Source: Azolla caroliniana
Taxonomy: Eukaryota > Plantae > Polypodiophyta
Assembly (NCBI GenBank): GCA_043228905.1
Contig: JBHGNT010000003.1
Span: forward strand, 17,918,001 to 17,982,000
Reading direction: 5' to 3'
Length of the DNA: 64,000 nucleotides
The notes beneath the pieces are model-generated. The model had not been told where the DNA came from. It did no database searches and saw only the letters and a program-made list of their open reading frames with translations. The translations under genes and the position numbers were made by a program. Below are positions 36,990 through 49,199 of this stretch, piece after piece. Positions within the stretch are counted from its first letter, which is position 1; each line of letters opens with the position of its first letter.

Positions 36990-39900
36990 GAAGGGCGGCA
37001 AAGGAATCTGCAAATGAGAGGAAGCGAACTTGCAAAAGCAATGGTGGTGGCGGTAGACCGCTTGGTTAGTGCTCACGAGGGCGCGAGTGCCCTCGACCAA
37101 GCCATAGAAGCAACGGTCGGCAGGATAGGCCGGTTCGAAGGAAAGGATGCCGCGAGTTTCTTAGAGGCTTACCAATCGGAAATGCAGATGAGGAATATAC
37201 CCGAAGATAGACGGCTAGCGGGGATTCCCTGGGTCATAGCACCACACATCCATACGGAGATGGTCGAGATACAAGCTGTCTGTCGCGATTGGGCGGAATT
37301 CGCAGAGGAAGTTCTCGAGAGGTACAGCTATGATGACTCACTCCGACTATCAAGAAAGGATTTTATGGACTGGGTCAACAACCCAGACAAGGGTCAGAAC
37401 GCTTCGGCACTCCACCAGGAGTTTGAGTCATGGTTCGCGCAACTCTCTAGACCGAACCGTGCTCGAAACAAGCAAAGTCCTATTTTTCGTAACATCTTTC
37501 GATTTGTGCATCCGGGAAAGCGTGGGTCTTCTTCTGGAAACCAACCGAGGTCTCACGACTGACTGAGCGACCGTCAAAGAAGTATGCAGCAGGATTGACA
37601 AACGCCGAGACTGGAGAGAAAAGGGATCCTCGTCGGTCGGACCGGTTGTCGAAATCAGGGCCGAACCGACGCCGACCCGAATGGAAGAAACGAGGAGGTG
37701 GCTCGAGCTAGGCCCAACCCCGACGAACATAGTCGCAGGACCTATGGGCGGCACAGGGCTAGAAGAACTAACAAGGATGGTACGCAAACTCCAGATCACC
37801 CAAGGCCGCCGAAGCGACGAAGGTCTATTGCACAACCGGCGACCGGCGGCCAATCAAAGGTGTGTATGGTGTGACGTCACCGGACATGCCCAGAGAGAAT
37901 GCGCTGACTTCGGAGAAGCACTCAGGAGTAATGTAGTCTACCTTTCGAACGGCCGCGTACATGCGAGCGACACGCGAAGACTGCTCAACATGAATTTCGG
38001 ACGAGGTGGCATGAAGAGGCTAATGGAAGAGGCTGCGGCCTAGCACGTCGAAGCCATCCACTATTCGGCTTCGGCCGGCATCCGAGTAGGGGAAAAGGCA
38101 GCCAAACCTGATTCAAACCCTTGTTCTGGCCGGCTATTCTTTAGACCTTGGCCAGAGGAAGGTTGCAGAAGGGAGAAGCGGAGCGCGCAGAAGAACGTGT
38201 GCGCGAAGTTACCGAGTGGAGCGACCCCGTTGAAGAAAGCACCGGCTTTGGGGAAGCCACGTGCAGGAACTACGAGGCCCTGATCAACGAAAGACGAGCG
38301 GGGAAAACCGGGGGAGGGGGCCCTTCGGGGAGGTATGACACCCGAAGCACGCCAAAGAAAAACGATGCCGCTCTGACCGGGTCAAAGGAGAGGAAAAGGG
38401 TAGGATTCCGAGCTTCCGCGTAAGCTCAGAAATCGAGAAAACAATGAACCTACAAAAGGTTCTGGAGGAGCGAGTTCTCGACAATCGCATAGAACTCACA
38501 CTTAGGGAAGTGCTTGGTATAGCAAGAAGGGAGTTCCACGACAACATCGTGGACCTCGTGAAGAGAAAGCATCTCGCAACAAAACTGGAGCCCGAGAAGC
38601 CGGTTGAGGTGAGGGTGACACTCCTCGACGAGATTGCCACGGAAGAAGAGCTCGTGGAAAGCCACTACGCCAAGCCGCACTGGGCAAGAGCTACTACAGA
38701 GACCCCGGTTCGAATCAGGAATGTCAAGGAACCGGTGGTGGCATTAATCGACCACGGGTCAGAAATTAACCTAATGTCCATGGACTTCTACAAAAAGGGA
38801 AATTGGCCAATCAACACCAAACACGGGTGGAAGATACGCATGGCAACAAGAGCCACGGAAGAGCTGCACGGGGCCTGCCCGAACGTCAGGGTGAACGTCA
38901 GAGACGTCGACATAAACCAGCACTTTTTTGTGCAGGAAACGTCCTCCCACCCGGTCATCCTTGGGGAACCATACATCACGGCGGCTAGAATGGAGACGAA
39001 AGTGTTGGACAATGGTTCAGCCTATGCGAGGGTAAAAAGTTAGGACGGCCGTCACGCCATCCAATTTTTTACCATTCGGAAGAACCATAAACGAAACCGG
39101 GACACCCTCGGAAATGATGATAAGCCGGATTTTTAGATAGGGCTATCAAGGCGTGGGGCCACAATAGTCCAATCCACCGAGAGACCACCCACACCTGTAA
39201 ATGGGTAGGAAAGTTTTGTTCTCCAACAACAGAGGGTGTACCATAGCCGGCATCAGCGGCAGAGAAAGAAAACGGACCGAGATACGCTTGAAGGCGTGCG
39301 GAGCCTTAAGCCACGACGAAGGAATTGGGGAAGCCGTGGAGGCGGTCTCATTCGATGACACCTTGGGGGAAATCGGGAAGGTAGTCGAAGGAGGTCTAAG
39401 CGAAGACCGAGTTATACCGGTCAACTCGATCGACATGTATGAAGTCATTGCAGACTTTGAAAGAGGATCCAGGGCGCATCGGATCGCCCGAATAGACACA
39501 AAATACAAGACTGTGAGCCGGAAGGTGAAGCCCGTCGCGGCTCCCTTACCGGAGGGCAGATGGGAACAAATAAAGGGGGTCTCTACTGACCCGAGCTTGC
39601 GAGATCCGGCCGGCATAGGACACCGTTTCACCGACAAAACGCTACGAGAGCTGAAGATTGGCGGGGGTGGCTTCCTATTGCCGGCGGAAGAGGACCAATT
39701 GAGAAGAATGCTCGAGAGGCATGGGAAGGCCTTCACATTCTCACCAGGAGAGATCGGGTGTGTCGACCCGACCATCGTCGAGCCAATGGTGATCTTTACA
39801 GTACCGCACATACCATGGAGTCTCAAGCCGATCCCAGTACCGAAAGCTCACATGCCGATGTTGATGGAGCTTCTTAAGCAGAAAGTGGAGTTGGGCATCC

Positions 39901-42871
39901 TCGAACCGTCGAGTGCCCCCTATTCTAACCGGTGGTTTACGGTACCAAAGAAGAACGGCATGCTACGGTTCATCCAGGACTTGCAACCGGTCAACAAAGT
40001 GACCATCCGCAATACGGGAGTCGGGCCATCAATCGATGAGTTCGTTGAAGCCTTCACTAGAAGGTCCATATACTCGGTCGGAGATCTTTACTCAGGGTAC
40101 GACCAATTCCAGCTCGTCGTGGAAAGCAGGGACATCACGATGATGCGGACCCCTCTCGGCCTAGTTCGGATGTGTACCCTACCATAGGGTGGAACCAACT
40201 CAGTGGCACACATGGTGAACGCAATGAACAGAGTTCTGAGGGACTGCATCCCGGACATCACCCTAGATGACATCCCTATCAAGGGGTGTCTAGAAGATGC
40301 TAAGGATGAGTCGATCGTCGCGGACGGGTGCGGAAGGTTTGTCGCGGACCACATCTCCGACTGCGAGAAGTTAATACGGAGGCTCGAGGGCGCACGGCTT
40401 ACCTTCTCGGGAGAAAAGTCGGCTTTCGGACAACCGGAGATATTAGTGGTTGGCCACCTATATGGGCCGTATGGCCGGAACCCATCGCCGAGCAAGGTAG
40501 AGGCCATCTCGGCAATGAAGGAGGAGTACGGATCCATCACAGAGGTCGTGCAGATCTTGGGAGCATGCGCCTTCCACCACATATGGGTCCCTCATTACAC
40601 GCACGTCGCCGAACCAGTCTACGGCCTGCTGAAGAAGAACAGGAAATTCGAGTGGACGAAGGAACATACGGAGGCAGTTCGGAAACTAAAACAAACGCTT
40701 ACCGCGGCACCGGTTTTGCGGAAAGCGGAATACGCACCAGGAACTCTGGTCTACATCACTGTGGACACCAGCCCGACCAGGATCGGGTGAGTCGTAAATC
40801 AAGAGGACGAAGACGGCACGCGCTTCCCTCTCCGGTTCGGTGCGAAGGTACTGAGTGAGCGACAGCGAGGGTACACCCAAGTCAAGCGCGAGCTGTGGGG
40901 TATCGTTTTGGCGGTTAAGGTCGACAAAGATTACCTAATCGGGACAGAAGTAATTATCGAAACGGACTGCTTGCCGATTCTCGGTATGGTCTCTAGATGC
41001 GCAACTCACGACCTGGCCATGCTCAGGTGGATTGCGTACATCAAGTCCCTGAACCCGGAGATATGTCACATCTCAGGTAAAGACAACGCCATGGCCGATA
41101 TGCTTTCTAGAGAAAGATTTGAGGATGAGGACGGCATGGTATCAGAGAGCGAAGAAGTCGGCGCAAACTTCTTCAAATCGGCAAGGATGAGGATAAAAGG
41201 GCGAAGCCCTCCGCCCGTGAATGAGTTCAACGAAGACGGCTACAACGGGGAGTGGCTTCTAATCGGGAGATTTCTGGAGACAATGACGACAGACGCCACG
41301 AGGACTAAGGAAGAGGCCAGACAGCTCCAAAAGAAGGCATACCGATATTTCCTACAGAACGGAAAAATCTGGAGGGTCCCAAAAAAGCGAAACGACGCGC
41401 CACTCCAGGTAATAGCGCGGGCGGATGACCAATAGAAGCTGATGTCGGAGTTCCACGAGAGCCTTGGTCTGGACACCAGGGTACATGGGCTACATTCAAG
41501 AAGTTGAAGGGAAAATTTTGGTGGCCAAGCATGTACAAGAGCATGCACGACTTCGTGTCCACGTGCGAAAGCTGCCAGATGCACTCGGTGGTTCGACACT
41601 GCGACGGACTACACCCAACTTATCCTCCGACCGTGCACTTCAAATGGATGGTTGACTTAGTTACGATGCCGATGGGCGTAGGTCAGAGGGATGAGCACTA
41701 ACGAACAAAACCATCGCGGCCGTATGCAAGTTTCTGATCGAGGATGTCATATGCCGATACGGGTGCGTGGGGAAAATCGTGGCTGACCGAGGAAAGCTAG
41801 ACGCAGAAGAGGCCGAGGAATTGTTAGATCGGTTAGGCGTAAAACTGTCCCTCACAATGGCATACAACCCGGAGGCAAGTGGAAAGATTGAACGGGGCCA
41901 CAGTCTGATCATAAAGGCCATTGTACGCGCGTGCAAGGGTCGAGTCAGCGACTGGCCGGGGTTGCTCACGTACGCGTTATGGGTGGACCGGACTACCCAC
42001 AGTTCGGTGACAAGGTACATGCCGGCGGAACTAATGTACGGACAGAAACTCGTCATGCCAGTAGAGCGAACGATCGCCTCGTGGGCAACGATCGATTGGG
42101 CTAGCGAAATGAGCAGAGAAGAGTTGCTAGCGGCACGAATCCAGCAACTCGAGCGAAGACCGGAAGACGTGGAACGAGCAACGACGAGGGTGAGAGAAGC
42201 AAGGATCCGAAACAAAGCCCGGTTCGACTGAACGCACCGGCTCCGGCCAAGGAAGATCGAGGAAGGCGATTGGGTGTTAGTCTATGACAGCAGCCTCAAC
42301 AACCAGCAGAGGTCTACGCGCAAGTTTGCGAAGCGATGGTTCGGCTCGTACATGATAAATAGCATCAACGAGAATGCCACGTATCATCTCGCGGAGCTCG
42401 ATGGGACGCGAATAACGACTCCGGTGGTCGGGAAGCAGATAAAAGCCTTTAAGAGACGGAACGAGGAGGAACCGGACCTGGGAGCCGAAAGTGCCAACTC
42501 AGGAGACGAGGGCGAGTAACCGATGGCCCGGAATCCTCCACTAATTTCACCATCCGGCACATACCGGAGGATGTGCGGTTTAGTGGGGGTGGATGTCGTG
42601 AAGATTCCGGGCCATAGGTAGAAACAAGGTGAAATGTGCAGGAACACCAATTTATGTGAATGCACGGCTCGAGAGAATTAAATAGGGAAAGTACTAGGCA
42701 TGAGTATACGGAGGGGTACAAAGTAGTTAGGGCATTAAAGAAGAAATAGACATCGCATATGTAGGGAGAGTTACGAGGGGAAAGAATCTAGGAAGGAAAA
42801 GCGACGGGTCATGAATGCTTGTAACGGTCGCTCCTTGTGTTATAAAGGGGGTGACCTTCGACTATCTTCGG

Positions 42872-43603
42872 TGTCGTGCCTTTCTGCACCAGATCGTTTG
42901 CGTGAGTCGGGTGGGAACCGTTGGGATTTTGGACTAGGAAGAGGAAGAATTTGAGACGATTCTAATTATGAATAGATTATTAGAAACTTGTGAATCCCAC
43001 AAGTATAATGTATCTTATTGATTAATATTTATGTAAGAATATATATTTAGATTGATAGAGAAAGATATAGAAATCTCGCGAATCCCACGAGTATAGTTTA
43101 TTAATTGGTGTTTTAGGAAATATATCCAATTTCCCAAATATTTCACACCCCTATTACATTGTGCTCCCCATCCTTATATGGTGATGAGAGAGTCTTCACA
43201 ATCCATGCTTTTTTTTTTCTAACTATATACTCCATACTTTTCCTATAGATAGACTATATGCTTTATCTAAAGTGATCATGTTGTTTCTATCTTGTGCATT
43301 TTTTATCGACTATAGCGTTCATGCACGCTACATATGCATGCGTAGCTTTTTCTTTTACCATGCGTTTTTCTTTTAACTAAAGTTTATCCTACGTGAACTT
43401 AACTTTCTATGTGGGACATCTACTTTTTAACTAATGAAATGTTAGTGTAATGGTAAGGTTTCACATTATTAACATAGAGGTGCAAGGTTTGAATCTTGCC
43501 CTATGCATGTATGATTTATTTTGACATTTTCTTCTATTTCTTCATATTTACTAAAACGTTACTTTATAAGTTTTTCATGTAGTGTACGAAATACATTACG
43601 ACA
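42872..43603 (-). repeat. Solo LTR inserted in the 3' LTR of G
   Basis: TGTCGT..ACGACA, 4-bp TSD TCGG (42868-42871, 43604-43607); absent from the G 5' LTR. Orientation inferred from the module order shared with the A LTR. Confidence 0.9.
43436..43507 (+). promoter_or_regulatory. tRNA-like Pol III A/B-box module in solo LTR 42872-43603
   Basis: TAGTGTAATGG 43443-43453; GGTTTGAATC 43486-43495. Confidence 0.68.
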
Positions 43604-46600
43604 TCGGGATGCCATTTTTTAGAGGAGAGGAGATACAAAGAGGAGTGTAAGGACTGATCGTCGGAAGGCGCTTCCCCCTGCACGCGTCAGATGCCCGAGT
43701 GCTCCTGACCAGGGGATCAACCTTCAGCGTCCCCACCTACCCTCGTGTCTGGCTATTGCCAAGCTCTACGCTCCATTGTCGGCTCTTATCTGGTTGTAAT
43801 CACCCACAGCACTATGCACCTATGTTGTTTAATAGAAACCTTCTCTACCTAACAAACGTTGTTCTGAGTGTCTTGCCCGTGTTTGCGTCTTCGCACGACA
43901 CTCTTACCCTCTCTCGTTCGCTAGCCTTACCTGTTTTCCCGTGGTCTCAGGACCTACGTGGTCCTCAAACTCCTCCCTCCTCGTTTTCTCGATTCCTTGG
44001 TTCGAGACCCCCGTGGTCCTGCCCGACTTCTACGCATCCACGAGGATAACCTCGACAACGTCAAGTTGCTTTGAAACTTGGCACCCGAGGACGTCTGGTT
44101 CTTCTTTGGTTTTCTGCCTCATCAAGGGAAAGGCCGAGTGGTGCAGGTGTGTTGACATTCGTTGTCTCCCCGTGTCCCTGAAAAACTTCTTTTGTTACAT
44201 GTTGGTGAACATTAGCAACATTATTGTCAACATTTTGTAACTTATTCTCTCTGTGTTGTTTTAGTTCTAGAATGTATTTGCCTAATTTCTTTATATCTAG
44301 AGTATCTAATAGTTTGGGGAGGGTGGGAGAGGAACCAAGTATGTCCTGGTATTTTGCCCTTCTCTCGGCATAGGTTGGACACTTGCATGTAAAGTGATAC
44401 TCATCCTCTATTTCTATGTGCATAACCTACATATCCTTTCCTCCCAAGGGACTCCATTAGTACGACCACTCTCAATCTCAAGTTGGTGAGATGATATTCT
44501 AAGTTGTCCAATGGCAACCCTTAGTGCATGTGGTAAGAATACATCCTGATATTTTGGCCACGTGATAAAACCTAACATAGAGAAGTGCATGAAGTGTTCC
44601 TTATAATACAACATTTTAGATGGGAGTGGCTCTAGTGCGGTGATCCATTTATACCGAGTGTAAATTTGCCATATTTCTTGGCGTATTACATTATTGCGGT
44701 CCTCATGAGAGATTAAAGTGTTATCAATCGTGTGGTTGTACCTAAGGGGAGGTAGGTTATTAATGTCTAGACCATTCACAAGAAGCCAACTCACCATCAT
44801 GCCATACCATGAGCTAGTATAGTCAGACTCATACAATGATCGAGAGGCCTTAAAGGCTTGATAAGATATTTTATCATGTGGTTGGCTATGTATCCTGAGA
44901 ATAAAGACTACAAGTTGGAAAAGTGATTCTACTAACATTGGGGGTAAAGGGAACTCGGCCCTAATAATGTCATGTGGCACTGTCAATTTTCTTTGGAGTT
45001 GGCATGATAACATCATCACCAATGGTCTCTCTAATTGTGTCCACATGAAAGATGGTAATCTTGGGGCCCAAACCATTGATGCATACATGAGGGAGGGGGT
45101 CACTAATGAATCAAAGAACCACCCTTTAGTCCATGGCTCTTGAAAGTATGCTAGGTGGCATTGTCTCTCTAGGAGTGAGAGGGATGCATGTCCTCTCATA
45201 AGTCTATCCTTCGCTGCCTATGTCATCGAAAATTTACCTAAGCAAGCACTGAAAGTGACTCCGAGATAGACATATGATCCAACCACCTCAACTGGGCTAT
45301 GGGATATAGTTAGGTGACACTTAGCTCTAACTTGGGCCGATGTGTGGAAGATAAGGACTTTAGTTTTCCCTAGATTCACTACCAATCCTCGTTGTGCGCA
45401 AAAGTCATCTAAGGCATTAAGGTGCCTTTGTAGGTCGTGTTCGGATTCAAAGGCCAAAACTATGTCATATGCATAGAGCCAAATACGAACCTGCGTATCG
45501 CCAAGGACTACTCTGTTGCCTCCCTTACGAGCAATAAAATCTGTGATCTCATTAATGTAGATCCCAAAAAGGGTTGGTGATAGGGGGCAACCTTGTTTTA
45601 CATCAATAGTGCTAGTGAAACAATTGGATAGGCCACCTGGGCATCGACACACCCGGACACTTGTTCATATAGTGTGTAGATGGCCCAGACCATGTCATTT
45701 GGTATCCTCAAGCTTTTAAGCCTATCAAAAAACCGCTCTCTAGGGACTGTGTCAAAGGCTTTGCGGAAGTCCACAAAACAACGATATAATTTCTTCTTGT
45801 GAGCCTTAGTTTGGTCAATTAAGCATCTAAGCGTGAAGATATGATCAATAGTGGAGAAGGCTCGTCTAAAGCCAGCCTGTTTAGGTGCACGAAGATTTAG
45901 AGTCTCCATATAATCGCTAAGTTCTACTTCCATTACTGCACTATATAATTTAGCAAGGGTATGACCTATCATAATGGTCCTATATGTATTTGGGTCCATG
46001 GGGTCCCCCCCTTTATGTATGGGGACCACTGTGTTCATAGTCCATTGTGGTGGAAAACCCTCTATGAGGGCACGATTGAAGCTTAGAGTTAGCAAGCGAG
46101 CTAGGCACTCTCTCGCATATATAATGTGTTCTGCTCGCAATCATGTGTGGTCCATGGACTTCCTATGTTATAATTTATTTATGACCTTCGTGACCCTAGA
46201 GGTCATGAAAAGTGTCCCCGTGGTAGGTCGGGGTGTAGAAGGCATTGGAATGGGTGGTTGGTTTGGGATTTGGTAAAGTCTCTCTGTATATGTGTGCCAG
46301 GTCTCGGGATCTTCGATGGGTGTTTGTGGTCTTGGCTCCCATAGTTCTTCCATGCAATGGCGCAATCGCTACTCATGAGCATATGGTAGAGTTCCCAATA
46401 TTGGGATGCCTCCCATGCTCTTCTCTTACGACGTGTCATCTTGCGCATTTCTTTGCAAGCTTGTATTGAGGTAATACTACCACTAAGTAGCAATACTGTA
46501 AGTTGTCTATGTAAGTCCCTACAATCCTCATCATACCATTTATTGTGGCATAGATCCTAATCTACCTTGATTTGAGTGTTTTGTATATGGGAAACTGCTA

Positions 46601-47613
46601 ACTGTTACTAAGGCTTTCTAAAGGTAGGGAGGGATCAAGGGAGGAGAGATGGGCCTGAACATGTCGAGAGTATATGTCAAAGAGCTCATGTGTGAAATGT
46701 ATTGTGGTGTGATGGCATGGTTGACTAGAGTTGGTGACGTTAGAGATATCACATTTTAGCTCGAAGTATAAGAAATTGTGGTCTGCGCCAATAGGGCATG
46801 GGGCCACCCGAAAGGAGTTAGTCATGTGGGTAGCTTCAGGGCGTCCTATTTGATAATCAACTGTGCTTTCCCCTCCTCCATGTGGGAAACACGTGAGCTC
46901 TTCCGAGCCTGGCCACTTGGCTAAACCATTATATATGACCATCCAGTGCTGACTGCCAAGCTCGAGCAGATGATGACCAAAGCTCGTGGTATCTGCACCT
47001 TGATCCTTTGATCTACGTGTGGTGCCTATGTCTAAAGGGTCAACATTTACCGTTTCTAGGTTTCTATTCATCTGAAATACTATGCATTTTGGAGATTGGG
47101 TTCTCGCATTGAAGTCTCCTACAAGGAATACTTCTCCTTGGGAAAAATATTGGATTATGTCATCCGATAGAGGCTCGTATGGGGAAGGCCCATGTGGCAT
47201 TCCTTCATCAACTAATCTCGCCAAGCCAGCAATATTATAATGGGATCCTTTTGGGGGAAAGTAACAAATGGCGATAAATACTGTCTAGTCCTTACTTGTG
47301 GAGACTTTCACCGACATAAAGTGAGCTTCTGGGTATGTCCTCAGCATTTCTATCCTATTATGTAGCTCTCTCCGAAACAATATCACGACACCTCCAGATC
47401 CCCTAGTAGTGTGTCGATGTGAGGTTTGTCTAAAATCGGACTCCGAACGAAATCCTTCGACTCATGGGAGTCCTCTATTTGGATTTTGGTGTGTTTCTAC
47501 CAAGAAAAGTATATCTGATACCTTTAATATCTCCTCTAGGCGGCCGGGGTGTGTCAGTTACAATTCCATAAGGTCATCCTAAGTGTATTTTCTGTCACAT
47601 GGGCCACACACCG

Positions 47614-48425
47614 TCAATTAGTAGTGTGATCATTTATGATCACTCGCCCGTCTCGATAAAAGGCGTGATGCCCTTCTTTACGAGCTTGCATAACTCGTGG
47701 TATACAACTCTTATGATGCTCAATTTGCATCTTAGTGAGGTCTTCATCGAGATAGATAGGGTCCCCACCCAATCCTCGAAGAATCGGTCTCTTCTTAAAG
47801 AAAGTGATTCTAGAGTCTAAGTCTTTAAATTGAAGGACTAAGGCTCTCTTCCTAGTTGTGTCACGTCCGACCCTCCAAGCTTTGGTGATAGGTAGGGTCT
47901 CTCTGTACCCTAACATTTTCCCAAATATTTGTGCATCCTCATTTGGGGATGCACCTTCCTTGAGTCCAATGACACGTACATTTAAGTGTCGGCCTGACGC
48001 ATTTTCTCTTCTTCAAGGGTGGTATTAACAATATTTTCATCGTTTATTTCTTTTTTAATGTTTCTTTTAACCATGTCTACCCAACCCATTTTAGGTAACT
48101 CTATGTTATTTTTAAGTTCCTCTTGAACTTTTTTAATCTCGTCCTTTATATCCTCTATGGAGGATATTTCACCGTCCTCTCGAGATACCTCGATGTCATT
48201 AAGTTGTTTTTTAAGGTTGGTGTTTTCCACTTTAAGTTTTTCTATTTCGGCCTTGAGGGCGTCTTTTTCCTCTCTATCTTTTTTCTTGTGGGTTTCAACG
48301 TCTTTCGCCCATTTTTTCATATCCATCTCTATTTTTGTTAAACGGTTAAACATATCTAAAAAGTCTTCTTTACTTATAGCCTCATCATGTATATCCTTAT
48401 GTTCCTTAGCTCGTTTAGATGTCAT
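47614..48425 (-). pseudogene. LINE1 ORF1 (coiled coil plus RRM-like C-terminus)
   Basis: ORFs 47982-48425 and 47614-47916 (AWRVG..IYLDEDLT). Confidence 0.8.
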
Positions 48426-48755
48426 TGTGGTGTCAATAAGAAAAAGATAAAATAAATGGGTGTGAGACTTAGCCGAGTTTGTGTGTATGTCGCAGTCACA
48501 TCGGCATTTCGTCGGTCTGTATGAAGCACACTACGAGCACGCCAAAGAACCCACCAATGGAGGCTGACACTCGAAGTGAAACCCACACATCTCAAAGATC
48601 CAATTATGCGCACTTTACAATGGCAAGAACGCAACAGACGAAGACAGACGGCGACGAACGGTGACGAACAGTGACGAATGGCGACAAACAGCAGCAAATG
48701 GCCGCAAACAACCCCGTAGCAGCAGACTGTTGTGTCGTCGTCGTTATCACAATGG

Positions 48756-48823
<68 letters not shown>

Positions 48824-49039
48824 TGATAACATGTGATATATTATATGAAGAGTAAGTACAAGAATAGCGAGAAGACTTAAGACTGGCATTGAACCGAATT
48901 GGTTTGAAATAATACCTTGTGCCTCTTTTTATAGTGTTGTCAGTACTCCTGAAGTTTCTAGAATGTTCCAGAGAAATCTAGAATATACATCAATTTTCTA
49001 TAGTGAAATAATAAATGAAAACAAACATTCTTTGTATTA

Positions 49040-49111
49040 TAATAAATAGCTTAATGGTAAGGCTTCAACCCATGTTACACATGGTCATGGGTTCAAATCC
49101 TTTTAATGTCA
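49040..49111 (+). promoter_or_regulatory. tRNA-like Pol III A/B-box module in 5' LTR of E
   Basis: TAGCTTAATGG 49047-49057; GGTTCAAATCC 49090-49100. Confidence 0.8.
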
Positions 49112-49131
49112 TACCATGCTATATCATGACA

Positions 49132-49199
49132 ACCGGACACCGATCCGACTCTTGGCTTATTCAGCAGATTCGGATCATGTTGAGCTTGCTCACTCAACA
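49132..49199 (-). repeat. Remnant end of an H-family LTR into which E inserted
   Basis: The reverse complement aligns to the first ~65 nt of the H LTR (TGTTGAG..CAA(G/A)CTCAAC..GCTGAATAAG). Confidence 0.75.

Larger units (their letters stand above)
36242..44057 (+). mobile_element. Full-length degenerate gypsy element G
   Basis: LTRs 36242-36967 and 42594-44057 (the latter with an insert), 4-bp TSD ACGT (36238-36241, 44058-44061), PBS 36972-36989, PPT 42582-42593, gag from 37014, RCVWCDVTGHAQREC, LIDHGSEINL, RT/RH/IN to 42519. Confidence 0.95.
35897..48761 (-). mobile_element. Near full-length RTE-X-like LINE (LINE1), split by element G
   Basis: ORF1 47614-48425; ORF2 APE (VGDFNART, STVDY, GADH), RT (QAGFR, VDFRKAFDTV, KQGCPLSP, YAYD), C-terminal LRISSHQLEIESGR..CRLC..EDEYHF..CP; the frame resumes left of G to a stop at 36088. 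Flanked by (GA)n on both sides. Confidence 0.9.
30314..49131 (-). mobile_element. Tcn1-like chromovirus E, whose 5' LTR is split by a LINE
   Basis: 3' LTR remnant 30314-30678, PPT 30679-30693, chromodomain PEFEVVAILDSK..YLVDWFGY..RTWE (about 30720-30905), IN/RH/RT/PR/gag to about 35703, 5' LTR 35777-35896 plus 48762-49131. Confidence 0.92.

Noticed and set aside
39146-42215. Long antisense ORFs over G and Copia1 pol
   Set aside because: Shadow frames of GC-rich coding sequence with no independent motifs.
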